From Octopus vulgaris (taxonomy: Eukaryota), in assembly GCA_951406725.2 (NCBI GenBank), contig OX597821.1:75516001-75580000 (forward strand): a stretch of DNA of 64,000 bases, given 5' to 3'. How positions within the stretch are numbered: position 1 is the first letter of the stretch; every line of letters starts with the position of its first letter. The notes beneath the pieces were generated by a model. The model saw only the letters and a program-made list of their open reading frames with translations. It had not been told where the DNA came from and ran no database searches. Shown here piece by piece: positions 55,611 through 64,000 of the stretch. Made by a program: the position numbers and the translations under genes.

Positions 55611-56815
55611 TATATCTGTTAGTTTAAATGTAAGATTTTCTACTGTAGAAAGTGCGAATGCTATGTATTGAAATCTAAATTACTTTTGCTCAATTTCGCT
55701 TAGTTTTTGGAAAAATTTAGAGGCAACGCAGATCCGATCGCTCCCTGAACCAACACTTCGGACATACTCCAGCTGATCTTTCACATTTTCTTTTTAATCT
55801 CACTATTTAGAAATTTACTCGCTTCCATTAAAAGAAACGTTCCCTCTGAAATATATACACAACTCGTTGATTTTGTTGTGTCTCTGAAAGCAACCAAATT
55901 TCTTCTTAAGTACATTGTATCCAACATTTTGCTCTTAACTATTAATTTTCATATTTGAGGGCGATTTTGAGCTCTATTCAATCCGTAGTCATGGATGTAG
56001 TGTCAAAATGTTTACCTCACGATCACGTGGTTTCGACTTAATCCAGTAGAGTACGATGTTGTGTTGGTGCCATTTACCATAGATTTGTCTGTGAATTTTG
56101 GTAGTGGAAAACTGTACAGAAAGGCCCTTGCATATGAATGTGTATACGTGTGTGTGTGTGTGTGTGTATGTGTCTGTGTGTGTCTGTGTGTGTCTGTGTG
56201 TGTGTGTTTGTGTGTGTGTGTGTGCGTTTGTGCATGTGTCGTGTATGTGATGGCGCGTGTTTGAAAATATGGGTGTGGCTGAATTCACGTATGTGCGCGT
56301 GTGAACATATATACATAACTGCGAGAATGCTACCTGTAAGGCGGTGCGACAAACAAAACACCTTGTGGCATTTATTCGACCGACATCAGAAATATGTTGT
56401 TCATTGTTTTCTATTAGTAACAAATGTACAGTTCACAAAAATTGATATGAAATAATAATTTAAAAATTCCTTGAGTGTTTGATAGATCGTAGTGTATGAG
56501 GGGGGAGTATATGGTGGGTGGATTTATTGTGTATCGATTATTGTTCTCTCTTGATTTCGATCATAAGTATTTACTTGTTCAATCAGCTAAACCACCTGCT
56601 CTTAATTAGCGTCTAAATCGTTGAAAATTCCTCAAATACCTTCATCCTTATCATTTTTCCTTTACATAAAACAGTGTGTGATAGACTGGATTTTTGAATT
56701 TCCGGGACAATCCGGCGAACTTCTACACTTTTCTATATTTAAGAGATGAGGAATTATGTACATTATTTACATTATTTACATTTGACGGATATTTGTCCTC
56801 ATCTTGTTTTTCGTT

Positions 56816-56861
56816 AACACAACGTTTCGGCTGATATACCCTCCAGCCTTCATCAGGTGTC
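56816..56861 (-). ncRNA. Intact minimal type-I hammerhead ribozyme
   Basis: GACAC-CTGATGA-A-GGCTG gagggtatat CAGCC-GAAA-CG-TT-GTGTT: helix I GACAC/GUGUU, 5-bp helix II, palindromic AACGUU in place of helix III. Confidence 0.8.
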
Positions 56862-56956
56862 TTGGGGAAATTTCGAACCTGAGTTCTCATTCCCAAGGTA
56901 TTTTTCGATATTATTATTATTATTATTATTAATATTATTATTATTATTATTATTAA

Positions 56957-57009
<53 letters not shown>

Positions 57010-57076
57010 TCACTGCCTGAATCGAACTCGGAATCTTGGTGTTAGTAGTCCCGCGCTCTTAACCATTATGCCCACT

Positions 57077-57149
57077 GGCATATAGCGTAGTGGTGAAGAG
57101 CGCAGGCTACTAACCCCAAGATTCCGAGTTCGATTCCAGGCAGTAACCT
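57077..57149 (+). promoter_or_regulatory. tRNA-like Pol III internal promoter head (pseudo-tRNA, CTACTAA loop)
   Basis: A box TAGCGTAGTGG, B box GAGTTCGATTCC; acceptor stem does not pair well. Confidence 0.75.
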
Positions 57150-57190
57150 GAATAATAATAATAATAATAATAATAGTAATAGTAATAATA

Positions 57191-57389
57191 CTGTACTGAG
57201 AAGAGCATTATTGCTGTGAAAACAACATCCATTCATGAATTTATGTATTCATTAATTTTTTAAATACATATTTTACCTGTGAATTTGCGTGTGTAATCTG
57301 GGGATTGCATACAATGAGCTTCTCTGCCCTAGGTGTACGGAAAACACTCGGCGAGAAACGGAAGAAAATTTGAAGAAAGAGGGAAAAAA

Positions 57390-57392
<3 letters not shown>
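57191..57392 (+). mobile_element. Probable 3' fragment of an R4/Dong-like LINE inserted into the (AAT)n linker
   Basis: Flanked by (AAT)n on both sides; starts VLRRALLL*, like ILRKTLSIQ* at the end of the 9912 LINE. Confidence 0.45.
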
Positions 57393-57451
<59 letters not shown>

Positions 57452-57502
57452 TCATCGAAAAATACCTTGGGAATGAGAACTCAGGTTCGAAATTTGCCCC
57501 AA

Positions 57503-57548
57503 GACACCTGATGAAGGCTGGAGGGTATATCAGCCGAAACGTTCTGTT
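57503..57548 (+). ncRNA. Minimal type-I hammerhead ribozyme (one helix I mismatch)
   Basis: gacac-CTGATGA-a-GGCTG gagggtatat CAGCC-GAAA-CG-TT-ctgtt. Confidence 0.75.
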
Positions 57549-58800
57549 AACGAAAAACAAGATGAGAACAAATATCCGTCAAATGTAAATAAAGTAAGTA
57601 ATGTTCTACACATTTTCTCGCATATTCGGTATCGCGCACGCGAGATGGGCGAACTTATACTAAAAGACACCCAAGATGCTACGTTTTACGCTCAACAAAA
57701 AGGAAACTCGTGATGGTAGCAGGACCGTATAGTTAAGAAGATTAGTGGATGTAATAATTGGTGCATGTGCGGGATGTTGTCTGTAATATATGGTGGCCGT
57801 AGAGGTTAAGTTATTGTAATATGTTATGAGTGTGTTGTATAAATACTGTGATATTTGGTGGGCGTTTCGTATTCTGGGACAGCAGTAGAGAAAGCAGATG
57901 TTAAAGGAGTGGGAAAAGAAGTTTCTGAACCTGAATAAACAAAGGTATTTTTGTTGATATTCAGGTGAAGGGATTGACTGCACGGCGAAACCAGCATATA
58001 TGCAGATACTGTCATTCAGTGAGGAGTTTGAATTTGTAATTTATTTTGAAGGGTAAAGATGCACTGTGAGGTGATAGATTTGTCAAGAAGTTGAATGAGA
58101 TAAGTTGTTTGCATGTATACAAGGTGCAAAATGAGCGGTCTACGGTTCAGTCGGAGTGATGGATAAGAAAGAGAATGACGTAAAATTACCCAGCCATGTT
58201 GGTATAATTGTTTTCTATCTTAGGACGTGTTGAGGATATCGTTGCAATATGCAGCTACCATAAAGATAAAAAACCCTGCCAAGAACCCAGTCGAATCGCT
58301 TACATGAAAAGAACTCCTTAAAAAGCTTCCATAGAACAAGTGTTTTCCCCAAACGAAATACTGCTCACGTGATAATTCTAATCGCCGCATACTACAGGGC
58401 TAAATTATACAATGCAATACCACGCATATAACAACAATAATGAAATAACATGCACACACAAATACACACAGGTGAAACATCTAGAACATCAGGTATTTGA
58501 TAAATCTATATGGTTTATCAAAACCTACATTTTTCAAATACATGTCACTGGCCACTCTGAGTTGTTTTTCTGAGTTTGTTTGTGAGCATCTTTCTATTAT
58601 CCAAAGGGTGTTTCTTTTTCAACTAAATATTTACACAGTTATACGGAATAATGTATAGCTTTATCTACTTCGAGTTCGACCGGTAAAAAACGCATATATA
58701 TGCCAACTGAATGGTAGCAGGGTCAATGTAAATATTTTACTCCGTGAATTTCTTGACTATATTGAATAAGTTGAACTGTCCTTTATGTCAGAAGATCATG

Positions 58801-58889
58801 AATTCATCTGACGAAAACGGTTTCTTTACAATAGTTTAATACTTCCATTATTCAATTGAAGAAGTCGTTGGAAACAGCTGTAACGGATT
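58801..58889 (+). ncRNA. Hammerhead ribozyme-like motif with long helix II
   Basis: aattcat-CTGACGA-a-AACGGTTTCTT...AAGAAGTCGTT-g-GAAA-CAGCTG-TA-acggatt; palindromic ACAGCTGT. Confidence 0.65.
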
Positions 58890-59142
58890 GACACCTATAC
58901 GTCTTTGTTACACACTTATATTTTATTCCCTTATCCTGGAATCCACGATTTGTAAATATTACAGACTGTATTTTTATTATAAAATAAAGGTCTGAAAAGC
59001 TAAGAAGGGATTTCTTCACTCAACTGGGTCTTATTATCAGCAGACACTACAAGAATATCATGTAGCCGGCACTTATGCACCAAATCTGATATTCACTGAA
59101 TATTGTTGAGTATGCGTGTTACTCAGACCTAACAAAATTTTA

Positions 59143-59179
<37 letters not shown>

Positions 59180-59183
59180 GTGT

Positions 59184-59258
<75 letters not shown>

Positions 59259-59382
59259 ATATGACAGATTTAGTTCACTGGTGAACTAAACGAATAGGTA
59301 TGCAGTGTAAGTGCTATAACTGGTCACTCGTTAGTTTCCAAGTTCACAGCTGAGGGTGGATCTACGGATCTATATGTAGGGA

Positions 59383-59520
59383 GAATTCACACACAGAAAA
59401 AGACGAAGGCAGGTGGTGTAGACAACAAACAGACGTATTAATATAACGCTGGGGAATTGAAAAAATCTTTAACGTTTCCAGTCTACGCTCTTCCACAGAA
59501 AGAAACAAAGAGAGATAATA
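59383..59520 (-). mobile_element. Dispersed repeat family B (variant HHR at 59467-59502)
   Basis: Minus strand: cttt-CTGTGGA-a-gagc gtag actg-GAAA-CG-TT-aaag. Confidence 0.7.
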
Positions 59521-59555
59521 AATATATTAAAATAAATCCATATATATATATATAC

Positions 59556-59614
<59 letters not shown>

Positions 59615-60360
59615 CACACATATACATACATACACTGACATATATACATATTTACAGCCACCCACGCGTTCAATTTAGTTATCAGCATTTAAGCATACAG
59701 TTTACACAAAGAAGAATTTTCTTAGCTACTATATTGTAACTATAAATTTAATGCTTTTAAAGTTTGGTCGAGTAGTGTTTCACTATTGGAGAGGTGCATT
59801 AACGGACCGCTTTAGAATTTCCATAGTTGTTTTCAATATCGTATAAATACATTCGGGGAAAGCATGAAAGCCACCAATTCCTAATTCATTTCATTTATCT
59901 ATGATTCGGAGCTAATTTAGAAATTATTAGTAACGTGGATTAAAAAGCTCAGTTGCTGTGTCTACGCCTGCGACTGTTCCTCAGCTAAGTCCTAACAGTT
60001 CAAGTTGCAGCTAAGACTGCATGGTTAGGCAGCATATGTTGGTAATTCATCAAGTGGAGCAGTTTAAAGTGGGGGATCAACATTTCCAATTTGTCAATAA
60101 GTGAGTGTCACTCAATTTCAACATTGAAGCGTTTGAGAGACATGAGAAATGTTTGCCTCAAGGTTTAAGAAAAGACAAAGACGACGAATACCACATGGAT
60201 TAGTTACCTGTCATATCTAATTTAACCTCAGTTGACGAGAGACTTGTTTAATTAAACTGATTCTCGCCGTTGCCTCGAAGGGATTTCGCTCAGATAATTA
60301 TGTATTGATCTCGGGATACTAATTTCAAGATTGCTTTACAGCAGTCACTGTAAATGTAGA

Positions 60361-60425
<65 letters not shown>

Positions 60426-61329
60426 ACAAACAGAGAGAGGGAGAGAGAGAGAGAGAAGCACACACATACAGAGAAACACACATACGACTTATAAGCAGAT
60501 ACACATCGCATACACAATTATACAAACAAAACAATACACGCAAACACATGCATAGACAAATAAATACATGTTGCTTTTGTGTGACAACAGAATACTCTCT
60601 CTCCCATCCGAACACATATCACCTAATTGCAATAAATCCGGCTTCTCTTTTGAATTTAGTCTTGATTTCTTTGTTCGTGATAACGCAAACCCCACCCTGC
60701 CCGCCGCTATCTGTTTTAAATTGATAGATTTTCTCGTCCTATTACATCTACGGCCATGTTATTGGTCAACAGACATTATCTTCTCCGAATCAGTGCTATC
60801 ATCTTCCAGCTAGATAACCTTAAATGCTTTAAATTCTTTTAAAAAGAACGTAAAAGAACTGGGTAGAACAGTGTGTGTGCGGAAGAAGAAAGTAGAAACG
60901 ATCAGACGGAAGCGAACATCTGGTTGGAACTTGCCTTAACTTTGTTGAACTTGAAAACATTCAAGAGAAAAGGGGAACATGGTGGTGCGTTGAGAGACAG
61001 AAACTATAAAATGGAATATAATGAGTGTACAATTTCTGATACTCAAAGGAATTTTAGGGACAGGTAATACGTCTTCAATTCTACCTTGTAACCAGTTACG
61101 ACATAGACCTACATGTTACTTGTAACAAGGGATGTGGGAAAGTCTGTGGGGTTTATAGGCGTGAGTTAAAGGGTTGAGGTATCACACGGTGAGGCAGTAA
61201 AAATATTTAAGAAAATGTTTGTTTTTTTTAAAAATTGCTTGCTCTTACTTTTGCACCTGGTATTTCTTGGGGTTCTCATGCAATTAGTTGGTAGATCTGC
61301 TTCACGTAAGGTTGTGTCATTGTGTAATG

Positions 61330-61830
61330 ACTACCTCACATCCGGAGCCATTTTGTAGTCAAGGGAGATAATCAAAGAAGGACCTCACATCCGAAGCCAT
61401 TTTGTATCTTTACAAGCCCACAATTGGTCTTTTTATTGGAATACTGTTATCCTATTTGCGCAGGTACAACATCTTGTCATTTGGCTGTCCTCGACCGGGT
61501 CCTGAAGCGAGTCCCTAATTTCCTTAGCCCCTCTCTTGCTTCAACCCTGCAACACCTGTCATATCAACGTGATTGCGCCATTCTTAATCTTTCTATTGTT
61601 ATTGTCACAGGAAGTGCTCCGGTAAACTGTCTTAATTTTCAGATCACGTTGTGCCATCTCACCTGACTCGAAACACACAGCGCTACATACTGTTGTGCCG
61701 CCACGGATAAGATAGTCTTTCTACAGTCGTAACTTTTCCCTCGAACTGTTAGACTCTAGAACTCTCTTCCATCTCATTGCTTTTCTCCTTCTTAAGACCT
61801 GAGTTTTTTCTACTCTAAAGTAAATTCACT
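61330..61830 (+). mobile_element. 3' fragment of a CR1/L2/Jockey-group LINE
   Basis: ILYLYKPTIGLLLEYCYPICAG...LDRVLKR...LQHLSYQR and PRTVRL.NSLP, typical post-RT C-terminal motifs. Confidence 0.7.
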
Positions 61831-61912
61831 CCATTCGTTTTAATTCCTTCTACTTCGTTATCCCTTTCACTACGCCTTTTTTGGTACAGTCTAACAAAAA
61901 AAACTCATTATG

Positions 61913-61950
<38 letters not shown>

Positions 61951-63059
61951 TGAGTGAGAGAAAGAGAGAATGAGCGAGCGAGAGAGAGAAACGGAGAGAG
62001 TAAGTGGCTGCATACACAGACACACACGTACATAGGCATACACGCACATATAAACATAGCTTGCTGCTCACACACAGCACTTACGCATCACACATACGCA
62101 CACACACACACATTATCACACATTCACATAAAATCCTGTCAGTATAGCAAAAAGTGTAAGGTAGACGTGGAACGAACTAAACCGGAAGAATGAGGCAATG
62201 TTATCGATGAAGTCAAGAACGACAATGAAAGGACTTGCTCAAGGAGTAATCAAGTAATCGATTAGATAATTGATCAGTTGGTCAGTTAGCTGACTTATGA
62301 AGAATGAATTGAAATAAAACCAGTGCGTGTGTTTCTTGTTAGCGGGTGTGTATGATTGTGTATAGAAGAATGTATTAAACAAAGATATTCCAACTTGGAT
62401 TTTCACGTTTTATTTACAATCGTATAATAATATAATATAATATAATATAATATAATATAATATAATGAAACGATAGAATATTAAATGTCCATTCTGATTA
62501 AGCTAGTACTTTCATGCATTAAAGTATGCAATCTTCAGGTACATGTAGTTGTGGTAACAGTTATGTTTTACAATTTACAACTGTGGTGAGATGGCTAAAC
62601 TGTGTGCTTTAAATACATTTATATAAGCTCCAGAATGTAAAATTTTGCAAACTGTATTCTGACCTATCTGTGTAATTTCATTAAATTACTTAAGTTGATT
62701 GGTGTTTCGTCTAGGCGTCACGGTTTGTTGAACATGTCAAAAGACCTGTATTTTGACCGTGGCCAAAGCTATTTTTAGAAATGATGCAATCAACATTTCC
62801 CAGGGATTTTTGCATTTCAATCATCATCATCACCATTATCATCTCCCTTATTATTGTTGTCGTTGATGTTGTTGATGGTGGTGGTGGTAGTAGGAGTAGC
62901 TGTGGTAATAGAATTTTAAACCCCTAAAATAAGATTATTTTTACTGACTTTTCTCTTGACTTAGCTAGTATTTTCCTGCTATCGTCATCATGGGCACCTT
63001 TAGTATTATTGTTGTTCGTAGTAGTGGTCGTAGCAATACCTCTAAGTATTAATATTATT

Positions 63060-63530
63060 GTTTATTTAGCTTGGGTTGGAATTTATTAATAAAGTTCTTT
63101 TCTCCGATTTTTCTCTCCATTTCACTTGGACTGTGAAGTTTGTGGAATGGAAATATAAATATTTTTCTGACTGCATGTTGCTAGATGGTTACTCAAAGGT
63201 ACCTGACGGACATCTGGGTCTCTAATTTGCTGTCGGTGCACACGCGAACGTTCTAATAGTGCATTTCCTGTCTAACCCATATATAGTTCGTCACAATTTT
63301 GGCATTTGACGCAGCTAATTAAAATTCTGCTTTTGCAGTTCATATTTGTGTTTGAGAATAATTTTCCGGTTTCTGTGTTCTTACATTGGCCGGTATGCAT
63401 GAATTGGTATATGCCACATTGGCAATCATTGCATTTAGATACAGTAAATGATTGGTCTTTCTTGCTCAAGTCAAACTTGGCTTTTGTTAATAATTTTTCA
63501 AGTTTTTAGGGTGTCTTTTACTAAAAACCA
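63060..63530 (-). mobile_element. Penelope-like element GIY-YIG endonuclease relic
   Basis: C..C.C...NMNCKSRILISCVKCQNCDELYMG*TGNALLERSRVHRQQIRDP...LSNHL. Confidence 0.8.
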
Positions 63531-63560
63531 TAGCTCGATCTGTGATTGTATATATATATA

Positions 63561-63639
63561 TATCGGACCAAGAGTTTAACTATGGTCTGTCCATAGCACT
63601 TACCTAGCGTTACCTGCCACCCTTTGTGTCTTCTAGATA

Positions 63640-63692
<53 letters not shown>

Positions 63693-63773
63693 GGTATCTA
63701 GAAGACACAAAGGGTGGCAGGTAACGCTAGGTAAGTGCTATGGACAGACCATAGTTAAACTCTTGGTCCGATA
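63561..63773. repeat. Perfect 85-bp inverted repeat with a (TA)n centre, preceded by (TA)n
   Basis: 63561-63645 is the reverse complement of 63689-63773; a diverged single copy lies at ~19870-19975. Confidence 0.95.
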
Positions 63774-63814
63774 GTGAAACGAGGGAGGAGTTTGTGGGTC
63801 ATGTATTAGCAAGC

Positions 63815-63868
<54 letters not shown>

Positions 63869-64000
63869 GTGTGCGTGTGTGCATGTGTTAGATAAAAATA
63901 GATAACAAATCCAAGGCTGTGAGGAGTTTTCAGGACATTTATAAGGAAAGATACATAAATATAGTCTTACAGGTGTTTCTGGGACATTATGGAAATCCCT

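Larger units (their letters stand above)
56730..57605. mobile_element. Head-to-head palindromic tRNA-(AAT)n-HHR element, locus 2
   Basis: Two divergent tRNA-like heads (57006-57072 minus, 57077-57149 plus) around TATGCCCACTGGCATA, each followed by (AAT)n, HHR and a shared tail. Confidence 0.9.

Noticed and set aside
57077-57149. Functional tRNA-Ser(ACT) gene
   Set aside because: Acceptor and T stems pair poorly, no long variable arm, and it is embedded in a repeated element
57660-58260. Second Penelope relic on the minus strand (LFRFRNFFSHSFN, Cys-containing stretch)
   Set aside because: Too degenerate; no recognisable GIY-YIG motif, so not called

Overview
Eukaryotic, AT-rich, very repeat-dense animal DNA (intergenic or intronic). 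The microsatellite load and SINE families suggest an octopus/cephalopod genome, which is an inference. Almost all ORFs in the track are microsatellite or SINE artefacts. The only host-gene candidate is a possible terminal exon near 2.2 kb. The window holds at least four tRNA-derived SINE families, decayed R4/Dong-type LINEs in (TAA)n tracts, and fragments of Penelope (GIY-YIG), CR1/Jockey-like, Tx1/L1-like and Tc1/mariner elements. It also holds non-autonomous Helitrons, a Helentron/DINE-like element and a Tigger-like MITE. The main hidden signal is a set of minimal type-I hammerhead ribozyme (HHR) motifs of the Penelope type. One family joins a tRNA-like Pol III head, an (AAT)n linker and an intact HHR, and occurs twice as a head-to-head palindrome with the same centre (37.6-38.1 kb and 56.7-57.6 kb). 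There are also many local inverted duplications, several anchored at microsatellites. Coordinates were read by eye and may be off by a few bases.
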